Of a stretch of DNA of 64,000 nt, positions 48,615-58,205 are shown one piece after another. The stretch covers positions 842,987 through 906,986 of the forward strand of contig CAWHOY010000006.1 of the NCBI GenBank assembly GCA_963831155.1, given 5' to 3'. The DNA comes from an uncultured Acidimicrobiaceae bacterium. GTDB taxonomy: Bacteria > Actinomycetota > Acidimicrobiia > Acidimicrobiales > Bog-793. The first letter of the stretch is position 1. Every line of letters begins with the position of its first letter. The notes under the pieces were generated by a model. It was given only the letters and a program-made list of their open reading frames with translations, was not told the DNA's origin and made no database searches. The position numbers were made by a program, and so were the translations under genes.

Positions 48615-50780
48615 GTGGGCGGAGCGAGTACGAAGCGGGAGAGGAGACGTCACCGTCGCGCGCTCATCGTCCTTACCGTCATCGGGACATTCGTCATTGG
48701 ATCTGCGAGCTGGGTTTTATCCGCGGTTGCTGCGGACAGTTCCAACTTCGCTGTCGTCGCCGGCAATTCGACGAGTTCGACAACGCCAACCCCAGACGGC
48801 AGTGCAGCACTCTCGACTTCTTTGTACGGACCGGACGACGTGGCTGTTGACGCCGCAGGCAACTCAATTATCTGTGACACGTATGACAATGAGCTCGAAG
48901 TCCTCGCCACAAGCAGCACGAATCCCGGCTATGCACTAGGCGGTGGCGCAAGTTGGCAACCCGGGAACCTGTATGTGATTGCTGGCGCCGGAACAAGTCC
49001 GAATGCTCCGACGAGTTCTGGTTCTTCGGCGCTGTCCACGGGATTGAACGCGCCCGAAGGCATCGCGATCGATCACGAGGGCAACATCGTCGTAGCTGAT
49101 ACCGACAGCAACCTCGTTGCCATAATCGCGGTGAACCCAACGAATCCTGGTTACGACGTCTCTTCGTGGACGCGCGGCAACATTTATGCAATCGCGGGCA
49201 ATGCACTCACGGACCCTGCCCCTTCGTATGCCGGATCGTCCGCGACCACAGTTGGCCTTGATGCTCCCGCCGGGGTCGGAGTCGATGCGGGCGGCAATAT
49301 TGTGATTTCTGACACTTTCGCGTCCGAACTCGCCGTCCTCGCAGTGGCAGGCGTCAACCCCGGTTACGAGGTCGCTTCGAACTCAACATGGACAGACGGG
49401 GATCTATATGAGATCGCGGGAGGTGGTTTCTCGAGCCCGGCATACGCGGGGGTCTCAGCCCAGAGCGCCGCTCTGAATAGTCCCGAAGGCATCGCGATCA
49501 GTCCAAGCGGAGACGTTGTCTTTGCGGACGCGCACGACAACGAGGTCGATTTGCTTTCGGTTGCCTCGCAAAACTCGGGCTTCGCTTCGATTCTGTCGTG
49601 GATTCCCGGCGACGTGTACGTCCTGGCTGGAGGAGGAACCAACTCTCCAACTGCGAACGGGGTAGCCGCAAGATTAACAGCACTTGATGCACCCACGAGT
49701 GTTGCAGTTGATAGTGCTGGCGATGTTCTTATCGCGAACTCGCATGCGAATGAGATTGATTTGTTGGCCGAAGGTTCGTCGAACCCGGGTTACACGTTGG
49801 GGTTAACGAACGATTGGCAACTGAATTCAGTGTATCTGCTCATAGGCGGCGGCACGACTTCCCCGAGTTCGTCAGGAGGCAACGCGATTTCTGTCGCACT
49901 CAGCGATCCAGAGGGAGTGGCAACTTCCACTGACGGGTCCGTCTTCGTCGTGGATACGAGTCGCGCGGAAGTCGAGCATCTCATCATCGCTCCAACCGCT
50001 CCCGCCCTAGCTACCTCGAGCGCGTCGACGGATACCGTCACGATCTCTTGGTCGTCTCCGACCCGAGATGGCGGCCTACCCGTTTCGGGTTACCAGGTCC
50101 TTGTCTTTAGTGGCTCCGCAACTCCAATCGCCACGCTCGACGCATCCCCAGGCTCGAACGACGCGACTGTCACCGGACTTGCAAGCGGTACCACCTACTC
50201 GATCGAGGTGGAGGCTTCGAATGCCGTTGGTGTCAGCGAACCGTCGAACCCGATCACCTTCACAACTGAGAACATTCCCGAGCCGCCTGGAACGAGTCCG
50301 CCCCCGAAACCGTCAACTGCTCCCAATTCGAATCTCTCCCCAACGAAGGGAAATGCGCGAACAACCGTCGTTCTGAAGGTGAGCAGCGTACGAGCTCCTT
50401 CGTCAGCTGGCTTTGTCAGCTTCCTCGCGCGCTGCAGTGATCAGAGTTGTGCCGGCACGGTGACCCTCAAAGGAATCGTCCGTGTCGACGACGCTACGGG
50501 TGGGGCGACCCATTCGATCGAGCAAACCTTCGTCGCTGGATCGAGTCACTTTTCGATTCGCGGGAGGCGACTCGCAAGAGTTCTCGTTCCGCTCACTCAA
50601 TACGCTCGACGCGTCGCCGCATCGGGAATGACGATCGACCTACGCGGAGTCGTGTCGCTCGACAACGGTCGCAAGAGTTTCTTTTCCGTGCTCGTCGCGA
50701 AGAGGACGACGGCCTCCGGCGCCGAGGTCCAAAGAAGGGCTGGTCAGGCTATCCATCCGCATCTCAGAAGCAGTCGATAA
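48615..50780 (+). CDS. secreted/anchored six-bladed NHL-repeat beta-propeller protein with FN3 domain and C-terminal unknown domain
   Basis: GTG 48615 after AGAGGAG. N-terminal RRRHRR plus a TM/signal segment. Six units of about 58 aa, each ending L(N/D)xPxG(I/V)A(I/V)DxxGN(I/V)(V/I)xD (NHL). Then an FN3-like segment (TVTISWSSPTRDGGLPVSGYQVLVF...TTYSIEVEASNAVG), a Pro-rich linker, and a ~150-aa unassigned tail. Confidence 0.8.
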   Translation: MGGASTKRERRRHRRALIVLTVIGTFVIGSASWVLSAVAADSSNFAVVAGNSTSSTTPTPDGSAALSTSLYGPDDVAVDAAGNSIICDTYDNELEVLATSSTNPGYALGGGASWQPGNLYVIAGAGTSPNAPTSSGSSALSTGLNAPEGIAIDHEGNIVVADTDSNLVAIIAVNPTNPGYDVSSWTRGNIYAIAGNALTDPAPSYAGSSATTVGLDAPAGVGVDAGGNIVISDTFASELAVLAVAGVNPGYEVASNSTWTDGDLYEIAGGGFSSPAYAGVSAQSAALNSPEGIAISPSGDVVFADAHDNEVDLLSVASQNSGFASILSWIPGDVYVLAGGGTNSPTANGVAARLTALDAPTSVAVDSAGDVLIANSHANEIDLLAEGSSNPGYTLGLTNDWQLNSVYLLIGGGTTSPSSSGGNAISVALSDPEGVATSTDGSVFVVDTSRAEVEHLIIAPTAPALATSSASTDTVTISWSSPTRDGGLPVSGYQVLVFSGSATPIATLDASPGSNDATVTGLASGTTYSIEVEASNAVGVSEPSNPITFTTENIPEPPGTSPPPKPSTAPNSNLSPTKGNARTTVVLKVSSVRAPSSAGFVSFLARCSDQSCAGTVTLKGIVRVDDATGGATHSIEQTFVAGSSHFSIRGRRLARVLVPLTQYARRVAASGMTIDLRGVVSLDNGRKSFFSVLVAKRTTASGAEVQRRAGQAIHPHLRSSR

Positions 50781-50984
50781 TCTGAGGCCACCAGAGAAAG
50801 GAGGTGGTCCAATCGATGCATGATCAACGCGTTGGGACCCTGGAGGTGGCGGTCCGCTAGGCGGCCTCTGGACCACCTGGTGAATTCCAACCACAAGCCC
50901 TCGAAGCTTCGGTCAGGAGCCGGTCCCCCCTGATGTAGTCCGGACTTCGAGCCTTTCCAGAAATGTGTCGTCCCGAGAGGGACA

Positions 50985-51013
50985 GATCGAGGGGCGCTTG
51001 GCGCCCCTCGATC
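50985..51013. terminator. 13-bp perfect stem-loop between convergent NHL-protein and thiE genes (candidate bidirectional terminator)
   Basis: GATCGAGGGGCGC-ttg-GCGCCCCTCGATC lies 19 nt past the thiE stop (minus strand) and about 205 nt past the NHL gene stop. There is no U-tract on either strand. Confidence 0.5.
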
Positions 51014-51031
51014 GCGTCCTGGATGCCTTCG

Positions 51032-51682
51032 CTAACCGACCTCGTCGTTCTCGATCGCTGCGCGCAGCCGGCGCGCCGCTGACTCCGGATCGTCGGATTC
51101 CGTCAGAAAGCGGACGACGACGAATCGACGGGCGCCGGCGCGCCGCAGCTCGGGAATCGACTCGGGGCTCACTCCGCCCGTCACGAAGATCGGAAGCCAG
51201 GTTCGGTCGGAATTATCGACCGCCGCGGTCGCTACGACGATGTAGCCCGACCCGGTGCCAGGCCGACCCGGCTTTGTGGGAGTGGGCGTCACCGGGCCTG
51301 CGGAGACGTAGTCGACGTCCTCTTTGAGCGCTGCTTCGAGTTCGGACGGCGCGTGCGTGGATAGTCCGACAATGCGATCTGGACCGAGGATGCGCCGCGC
51401 GAGCTCCGGTGATGCGTCGTCTTGTCCGACGTGGACGCCGTCGGCATCGCACTCGAGAGCGAGATCAGGACGGTCGTTCAAGATAAAGGGGACACCGAGA
51501 TCGCGACAGACGCGGTTCGCGATTCGTGCTCGTTCGAGGAGCGGGCGTGCCTCAAGCGTCTTTTCGCGCAATTGCACGACGTCGACGCCGCCTTGAACAC
51601 AGCGCTCGATGAATCGAGCGAGATCCGGTCGATCCGGGGTGCAGAGGTAGAGAGTTCGGTCGCCGAGCCGGCGGACACTCAC
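51032..51682 (-). CDS. thiE: thiamine-phosphate synthase
   Basis: LYLCTPDRPDL...GGVDVVQLREK...FILNDRPDLA...ADGVHVGQDD and the C-terminal FVTGGV motifs are typical of ThiE. Confidence 0.85.
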   Translation of the reverse strand: MSVRRLGDRTLYLCTPDRPDLARFIERCVQGGVDVVQLREKTLEARPLLERARIANRVCRDLGVPFILNDRPDLALECDADGVHVGQDDASPELARRILGPDRIVGLSTHAPSELEAALKEDVDYVSAGPVTPTPTKPGRPGTGSGYIVVATAAVDNSDRTWLPIFVTGGVSPESIPELRRAGARRFVVVRFLTESDDPESAARRLRAAIENDEVG

Positions 51683-52290
51683 CTCTTTGATGCTTTAGCC
51701 GACCTGCTTCCGCTCGCCCGGATCACCGATTTCGCTGCCGCCTTCAACTGGCGCTTGTGATCGCGGACCGCGAGTAGGGATTCGGGGCTGTCGATGTCCG
51801 CGACCGACATCAACGCGCCATCCGCTCCGTACGGCGCGGTGGCTTCTTTCCATCCGATGGGTCGGACTCCGAATTGTTTCGCCAGCAACGCGGCAAAGAT
51901 CTTCGCCTTCTGCTTCCCGAAACCTGGGAGTGTGGCGAGGGTCTTCACGAGCTCGTCGCCCGTCGAGGCCGACTTCCAAATCGCTGTGGTGTCACCGCCG
52001 TATCGATCGACGATGACGTGTGCAAGCGCTTGCACCCGCGTCGCCATCGACGACGGAAATCGATGCAGCGCCGGCTTCTCCGCAAAGAGCGCCACCAGAC
52101 GCTCCGGATCGGTCGCCACGACGGCTCGAGGATCGAGGCGACCGCCGAGCCGGTCCTCGAGCACCTTCGGCGCGGCGAAGGCGAATTCGATGCGAACCTG
52201 CTGGTCGAGGAGCATTCCGACGATCAGGGCGAAGGGATTCTTCGACAACAGGGCGTCGGCTCTTGCGTCTCCTGTGATCGACAGGGTCAC
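51679..52290 (-). CDS. HhH-GPD-type base-excision-repair family protein
   Basis: 203 aa with the helix-hairpin-helix segment LATLPGFGKQKAKIFAALL. It resembles the conserved actinobacterial HhH-GPD family protein. There is a 4-nt overlap with thiE. Confidence 0.65.
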   Translation of the reverse strand: MTLSITGDARADALLSKNPFALIVGMLLDQQVRIEFAFAAPKVLEDRLGGRLDPRAVVATDPERLVALFAEKPALHRFPSSMATRVQALAHVIVDRYGGDTTAIWKSASTGDELVKTLATLPGFGKQKAKIFAALLAKQFGVRPIGWKEATAPYGADGALMSVADIDSPESLLAVRDHKRQLKAAAKSVIRASGSRSAKASKR

Positions 52291-52346
52291 GTCACGAAAT
52301 TATCGAAGGCGGGCTCCCTGCGCGCTCGGAATGGCTCCGAAAGCGT

Positions 52347-55073
52347 CTAGACCACCCTCGGGTCCGGAAGCTCCGGGTCGATGCCGTACTCCTCGATCGC
52401 CCGTGTCACTTCCTCTGGCTTCGCATCGCCTTGTCTGGCGAGCGCGGCGAGCACCGCGACGACGACGTGCTCGGCGTCGGTCTCGAAGTGGCGACGGAGC
52501 GCCTCGCGGGTGTCGGAGCGCCCGAAGCCGTCGGTGCCGAGCGGCGTGAACGGTGCCTCAACGAACCGGGCGATCTGGTCGGGAACAGCCTTCAAGAAGT
52601 CGGTGACCGCGACGATCGGACCGGATGCCGTCGCGAGGGCTTGCGTGACGTACGCCACCCGCTGCTCTGCGTCGGGGTGGAGCCGGTTCCAGCGCTCGAC
52701 CTCGAGCGCCTCTTCCCGCAGCGCCTTATAACTCGTCACCGACCAGGTCTCCGCAGAGACGTTCCAGCGCTCGGCGAGGTACTTACGCGCTTGCTCTGCT
52801 GCCTTCCACGCCGTTCCGGAAAACAGGATTGTCGCTTGACGCGGCGAGCCGTTCTCGATCTCAATTTGAGCAGGAGGCGCGAAGCGATACAGGCCGCGAA
52901 CTGTTCCTTCGATGATCTGCATGCCCTCGTCACCACCGGGCAGCATTGGCATCGGGTAGTTCTCGTTATAGAGCGTCAGGTAATAGAAGATGTCCTGTCC
53001 ATCAGGCCAGTACATCTTTCTGATGCCGTGTTCGACGATCGTCGCCACCTCGTAGGCGAACGCCGGGTCGTAGGCGCGCACGTTCGGCACCACCGACGCG
53101 AGCAGTTGCGAGTGGCCGTCCTCGTGCTGCAGGCCCTCGCCCGACATCGTCGTGCGGCCGGCGGTGCATCCGATGAGGAAGCCGCGGCCGCGCGTGTCGG
53201 CGAGTTGCCAGATCAAGTCGCCGACACGTTGGAAGCCGAACATCGAATAGAACATGAAGAACGGCAGCATCGGCTGTGACCAGGTCGCGTACGACGTAGA
53301 CGCGGCTTGGAAACTCGCCATCGCGCCGGCCTCGGTGATTCCCTCTTCGAGGATCTGGCCGTTCGTCGCCTCGCTGTAGCGCATCAGCAATCCGGCGTCG
53401 ACGGGCGTGTAGCGCTGGCCCTCTGGTGAGTAGATCTGCACTTCGGAGAAGAGCGCGTCGAGGCCGAAGGTACGGCCTTCGTCCGGGATGATCGGCACGA
53501 CGTAACTGCCGATGTTCGGATCGCGCAAGAGATTGCGCAAAAGGCGGGCGAAGCCCATCGTCGTCGAGACCGACTGTCCGCGCGATCCGTCGCGGAACTC
53601 GGCGAATGCCTCGTCGGATGGCGTCGGAAGCCCGGTCGCGCCGGCGTCGCGCACGACGCGATTCGGCAGCGATCCCCCTTGGGCGCGGATGCGGCTCATC
53701 AGGTACTCGTATTCGGCGGAACCTTCCTTCGGTCGGAAGTACGGCGGGCGATCCTCGTCGAGTGACTCCTCGGGGATCTCCTCGTGCAGGTAGAGGCGGT
53801 CGCGCAGCGTGAGCAGCTGCGCCTTTGTCATCTTCTTGATCTGGTGCGTCGCGTTGCGGGCCTCGATCTCTGGCCCGAGCGTCCAGCCCTTGACGGTCTT
53901 CGCCAAGATCGCCGTCGGAGAGCCCACGTTTTCGGTCGCCGCCTTGTACGCCGCGTAGAGCTTGCGGTAGTCGTGTCCGCCGCGGGGAAGGGCCTGCAGC
54001 TCCTCGTCAGAGAGATGCGCGACGAGCGCCTGCAGGCGCGGGTCCGGGCCGAAGAAGTGCTCGCGGATGTAGACGCCGGACTCGGTCGCGTACTTCTGGA
54101 AATCGCCGTCGAGCGTCGAGTTCATCTTGTCGACGAGGACTCCCTCGGTGTCTTTCGCCAAGAGCTCGTCCCAACGCGAGCCCCAGATCACCTTGATCAC
54201 GTTCCAACCGTTGCCGCGCAGCTCCTCTTCGAGCTCTTGGATGATCTTGCCGTTGCCGCGCACCGGCCCATCGAGTCGTTGCAGGTTGCAATTGACGACG
54301 AAGATCAAGTTGTCGAGGAGCTCACGGCGTGCGATCGAGAGCCCGGCGCGCGTCTCGGGCTCGTCGAATTCGCCGTCGCCGACGAAGCACCAGACCTTCG
54401 AGCCGCTCGTGTCGAGGATGCCGCGGTTTTGCAGGTAGCGGTTGAAACGCGCCTGGTACACGGCGGTAAGGGGACCGAGCCCCATCGAAACGGTCGGGAA
54501 CTCCCAGAATCCCGGCATCAGACGGGGGTGCGGATAGCTGGAGAGTCCGTTGCCGCCGGTTTCGAAGCGGAAGTTATCGAGTTGCTCCTCGCTGAGCCGT
54601 CCCTCAAGGAATGCGCGGGCGTAGATGCCCGGCGAGGCGTGACCCTGGAAGTAAACCTGATCTCCCGGCCCGTTGTCCTTGCCGTGGAAGAAGTGGTTGT
54701 AGCCGACCTCGTAGAGCGCGGCGGAGCCGGCATAGGTGGAGAGATGGCCGCCGATCCCCGAATAGCGCTCGTTCGCACGAGTGACCATGACGGCTGCGTT
54801 CCAGCGGATGAAGGCGCGGATGCGTCGCTCGATGAACTCGTCGCCGGGGAAGTCGGGCTCTTCGTCGGCCGGGATCGTGTTGACGTACGGCGTCGAAACC
54901 GTCGTCGGGAAGTTGACCTGCAGGGCGCGGGCGCGATCGAGAATCGCCGTCAGCAGATAGCGGGCGCGCGACTTTCCTTCCTGGGCGACGACCTCCTCGA
55001 AAGCCTCGGTCCACTCGCGCGTTTCGGAGGGATCGGAGTCAGGAACCTGATGAGTGAAGCCCTCGTGAACCAC
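52347..55073 (-). CDS. aceE: pyruvate dehydrogenase E1 component, homodimeric type
   Basis: 908 aa. The N-terminus DPSETREWTEAFEEVV, the ThDP motif region GDGEFDEPE and the overall length are diagnostic of AceE. Confidence 0.9.
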   Translation of the reverse strand: MVHEGFTHQVPDSDPSETREWTEAFEEVVAQEGKSRARYLLTAILDRARALQVNFPTTVSTPYVNTIPADEEPDFPGDEFIERRIRAFIRWNAAVMVTRANERYSGIGGHLSTYAGSAALYEVGYNHFFHGKDNGPGDQVYFQGHASPGIYARAFLEGRLSEEQLDNFRFETGGNGLSSYPHPRLMPGFWEFPTVSMGLGPLTAVYQARFNRYLQNRGILDTSGSKVWCFVGDGEFDEPETRAGLSIARRELLDNLIFVVNCNLQRLDGPVRGNGKIIQELEEELRGNGWNVIKVIWGSRWDELLAKDTEGVLVDKMNSTLDGDFQKYATESGVYIREHFFGPDPRLQALVAHLSDEELQALPRGGHDYRKLYAAYKAATENVGSPTAILAKTVKGWTLGPEIEARNATHQIKKMTKAQLLTLRDRLYLHEEIPEESLDEDRPPYFRPKEGSAEYEYLMSRIRAQGGSLPNRVVRDAGATGLPTPSDEAFAEFRDGSRGQSVSTTMGFARLLRNLLRDPNIGSYVVPIIPDEGRTFGLDALFSEVQIYSPEGQRYTPVDAGLLMRYSEATNGQILEEGITEAGAMASFQAASTSYATWSQPMLPFFMFYSMFGFQRVGDLIWQLADTRGRGFLIGCTAGRTTMSGEGLQHEDGHSQLLASVVPNVRAYDPAFAYEVATIVEHGIRKMYWPDGQDIFYYLTLYNENYPMPMLPGGDEGMQIIEGTVRGLYRFAPPAQIEIENGSPRQATILFSGTAWKAAEQARKYLAERWNVSAETWSVTSYKALREEALEVERWNRLHPDAEQRVAYVTQALATASGPIVAVTDFLKAVPDQIARFVEAPFTPLGTDGFGRSDTREALRRHFETDAEHVVVAVLAALARQGDAKPEEVTRAIEEYGIDPELPDPRVV

Positions 55074-55177
55074 CGGACACGTCTCCTATCACGGCGCGGA
55101 CCAGCCCACGACGCGGAGCGCCGTCGCGAAGATTATCGGTCGTCCAATGCTCTATACGGCCAAGGCAGACTGCAGCT

Positions 55178-55642
55178 GTGGCGAACGCGGACCGGACAGT
55201 CGTCTTCACCGACGGGGCATGCATCGGCAATCCGGGCCCCGGCGGATGGGCGTGGGCGACGAGCGAGGAACGCTTTGCGTTCGGGGCCGACCCGGAGACG
55301 ACGAACCAGCGCATGGAGCTGACGGCCGTCATCGAGGCGGTCGCCGCCCACGAAGGCCAGCTCGAGGTGGCGAGCGACTCCGAGTACGTCGTCCGCTGCT
55401 TCAAGGAGAAATGGTGGGCCCGCTGGCGCCAGAACGGCTGGAAGAACTCCAAGCGCCAGCCAGTCGCGAACCAGGACCTGTGGAGAACCTTGGTCGCCGA
55501 GGTGATTGACCTGCGTGGCGGCGACATCGAGTTCCGCTGGGTGAAGGGCCATTCCGGGGAGCCGCTGAACGAGTTCGTCGACGAGCTGGCGAACGACGCC
55601 GCCCGCACCGGCTCGGCCGGAGCCTCCCACCACCGAGCCTGA
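55178..55642 (+). CDS. rnhA: ribonuclease HI
   Basis: VFTDGACIGNPGPGGWAW, TNQRMELTAVIEAV, SDSEYV and WVKGHSGEPLNEFVDELA match the DEDD catalytic pattern of RNase H1. Confidence 0.9.
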   Translation: MANADRTVVFTDGACIGNPGPGGWAWATSEERFAFGADPETTNQRMELTAVIEAVAAHEGQLEVASDSEYVVRCFKEKWWARWRQNGWKNSKRQPVANQDLWRTLVAEVIDLRGGDIEFRWVKGHSGEPLNEFVDELANDAARTGSAGASHHRA

Positions 55643-55721
55643 ATGACGTAAAGGTGGGGGAGACATAAGAATCGTGAGGCGCAGCAACCTCCACTAACTC
55701 GACTAATTTGATCAAGACACT

Positions 55722-56636
55722 ATGAACTATCAGCTGACGCACCTCGACACCTTGGAGTCCGAGGCGATCCACGTCATCCGCGAGGTTGTCGCGGAGTGCG
55801 AGCGTCCAGCGCTGCTGTTCTCGGGGGGCAAGGACTCAGCGGTGCTTTTGCACCTGGCGACGAAGGCCTGCTGGCCGCAGCGGGTTCCCTTTCCCGTCGT
55901 GCACATCGACACCGGCCACAACTTCTCCGAGGTGCTTTACTTCAGAGACGAGCGAGTCCGAGAGCTCGGCGTCGAGCTCGTCGTTTCCTCGGTTCAAGAG
56001 GCGATCGACCTCGGCGAGGTCGTCGAGGATTCGACGCCCGGAGCGTCGCGCAACCGCCTGCAGACCTTCGCCCTTTTGAAGACGATCGCGCAGTACCACT
56101 TCGACGGGATCTTCGGCGGAGGGCGCCGCGACGAGGAAAAGGCGCGGGCGAAAGAGCGAGTCTTTTCGATCCGCAACGAATTCGGCCAGTGGGACCCCCG
56201 CGCCCAGCGTCCCGAGCTGTGGGATCTATACAACACCCGCCGCCGTCCCGCCGAGCACTTCCGGGTCTTCCCGCTGTCGAACTGGACCGAGCTCGACGTC
56301 TGGCAGTACATCGGCCGCGAGGGGCTATCGCTCCCGTCGATCTACTTCGCGCACAACCGCGAGGTCTTCCGCCGTGACGGGATGCTGCTCGCCGTCGGGC
56401 CGTACGCCGCGCCGCGAGACGGCATCGCTGGCGAGGAGTCGTTCCACGCGACGGTGCGCTACCGCACCGTCGGCGACATGACCTGCACGGCCGCCGTCGA
56501 GTCGACGGCGACGACCATCGATGAGGTCGTCGAGGAGACGGCGGTCTCGCGCGTCTCGGAGCGGGGCGCGACGCGGGCCGACGACCGCTTTTCGTTTGCC
56601 GCCATGGAGGACCGCAAGCGCGAGGGCTACTTCTGA
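55722..56636 (+). CDS. cysD: sulfate adenylyltransferase subunit 2
   Basis: LESEAIHVIREVVAE...LFSGGKDSAVLLHLA PP-loop. The length is 304 aa. It is translationally coupled (ATGA-type junction) to cysN. Confidence 0.9.
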   Translation: MNYQLTHLDTLESEAIHVIREVVAECERPALLFSGGKDSAVLLHLATKACWPQRVPFPVVHIDTGHNFSEVLYFRDERVRELGVELVVSSVQEAIDLGEVVEDSTPGASRNRLQTFALLKTIAQYHFDGIFGGGRRDEEKARAKERVFSIRNEFGQWDPRAQRPELWDLYNTRRRPAEHFRVFPLSNWTELDVWQYIGREGLSLPSIYFAHNREVFRRDGMLLAVGPYAAPRDGIAGEESFHATVRYRTVGDMTCTAAVESTATTIDEVVEETAVSRVSERGATRADDRFSFAAMEDRKREGYF

Positions 56637-57889
56637 TGGAGCTCTTGCGTGTCGCGACGGCCGGGTCGGTCGACGACGGGAAGTCGACGCTTATCGGGCG
56701 ATTGCTCTACGACTCGAAGCAGGTCTTCGAAGACCACTACGAAGCGATCGAGCGGGCGAGCCTGCAGCGCGGAGACGACGAGGTCGACTTGTCGTTGCTC
56801 ACCGACGGTCTGCGTGCAGAGCGCGAGCAAGGCATCACCATCGACGTCGCGTACCGCTACTTCGCGACGCCGAAGCGGAAGTTCGTCATCGCCGACACGC
56901 CCGGGCATTTCCAGCACACCCGCAACATGGTGACGGGGTGCTCGACAGCTGACCTCGTTGTGATCCTCGTCGACGCCCGCAACGGCATCACCGAACAGAC
57001 CTGCCGCCACGCTTCGATCGCGTCGCTGCTCGGCATCAAGCACCTCGTGATCTGCGTGAACAAGATGGATCTCGTCGGCTACGACCAGCGTCGCTACGAG
57101 GAGATCGCCGACGAATTCGCCGCGTTCGCCTCGGGACTCGACGTCGCCGATGTGACCTTCATCCCGCTTTCGGCGCTGCGCGGCGACAACGTCGTCGAGC
57201 GCTCGGTCGAGATGCCGTGGTACGAGGGAACGGCACTCTTGCACCATCTCGAACAGGTCCAGGTGGGCTCGTCTCGCGATCTAGCGAACGCCCGGTTCCC
57301 GGTGCAGTTGGTGATGCGACCGCAGGCGGGGGATTTGAACGGGCTGCGGGGCTACGCAGGAACGGTCGCGGGAGGGGTGCTCCGCGTGGGTGACGTGCTG
57401 GTCTCGTTGCCGAGTCGGCAGCGTTCCCGCATTGCCGCGATCGAGACCGCCGATGGACCCGTCGATGCGGCATTCCCGACGATGTCGGTCGTCGTTCGCC
57501 TCGCAGACCAGCTCGACGTCGCCCGCGGCGACTTGCTCTGCGCGCCGTGGAGCGAGCCCCATGTGGCGAACGAAGTCTCGGCGACGATCTGTTGGATGTC
57601 CGAAGAGCCGCTCATCCCCGGTGCCCTCCTGCAGCTCAAGCACACGACGCGTTGGGTGACAGCCAGAGTCATAGACGTCACGGACCGGATCGACGTTCGC
57701 ACCCTCGAGCGGAACCTCGATGCGAACGACCTCGCCCTCAACGATCTTGGCCGCATCGAACTCCGTCTGTCGGCGCCGCTGTTCTTCGACGACTACCGCC
57801 GCAACCGCACGACTGGGAGCTTCATCCTGGTCGACACCGCCTCGGCGGCAACCGTCGCCGCGGGGATGCTCGCCAACCCGATCGCATAG
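56636..57889 (+). CDS. cysN: sulfate adenylyltransferase subunit 1 (GTPase), no APS-kinase fusion
   Basis: GSVDDGKSTLIGRLL G1, DTPGH, and NKMDL. At 417 aa it has no CysC domain. Confidence 0.9.
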   Translation: MELLRVATAGSVDDGKSTLIGRLLYDSKQVFEDHYEAIERASLQRGDDEVDLSLLTDGLRAEREQGITIDVAYRYFATPKRKFVIADTPGHFQHTRNMVTGCSTADLVVILVDARNGITEQTCRHASIASLLGIKHLVICVNKMDLVGYDQRRYEEIADEFAAFASGLDVADVTFIPLSALRGDNVVERSVEMPWYEGTALLHHLEQVQVGSSRDLANARFPVQLVMRPQAGDLNGLRGYAGTVAGGVLRVGDVLVSLPSRQRSRIAAIETADGPVDAAFPTMSVVVRLADQLDVARGDLLCAPWSEPHVANEVSATICWMSEEPLIPGALLQLKHTTRWVTARVIDVTDRIDVRTLERNLDANDLALNDLGRIELRLSAPLFFDDYRRNRTTGSFILVDTASAATVAAGMLANPIA

Positions 57890-58205
57890 CCGGCCCGTCG
57901 GAAGTTCGCGAACCTTGCACCAGAGGTTCGGCGGGGCAAGGTCGCCTGCGCGGGGGATTCGTTGACGCACCAGGCCCCTGGAGTGAGACTGAGCCGACGG
58001 GGCGTCACAACGTCAATGGGCACGAGCTATTTGCATCGAGCTGCCTCGGGGATCGCGCCCGAGGGCCTTGACCTGGAATCTACCCACGAGAGGGTCGCTT
58101 TTGTTTAGGCGGGGATTAAGCCGTAAAGAACGAGACGGGAACGCGGAAAAACCGAGGAAAACGCCTGCACCATTAGTCTTTCCGTCGCAAACAGATCGCC
58201 CGGAG

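Noticed and set aside
52290-52347. Possible TPP riboswitch for the thiE-containing transcription unit
   Set aside because: thiE is coupled to the upstream HhH-GPD gene, and the gap before that gene is only about 56 nt (next to the aceE stop). No CUGAGA/ACCUGA-type core was seen.
53784-55322. 512-aa plus-strand ORF antisense to aceE, and similar antisense ORFs (38718..39707, 62472..63374, 56627..57247)
   Set aside because: Each lies opposite a gene with diagnostic motifs (AceE, Gfo/Idh/MocA, LipA, CysN), and none shows any recognisable motif of its own.
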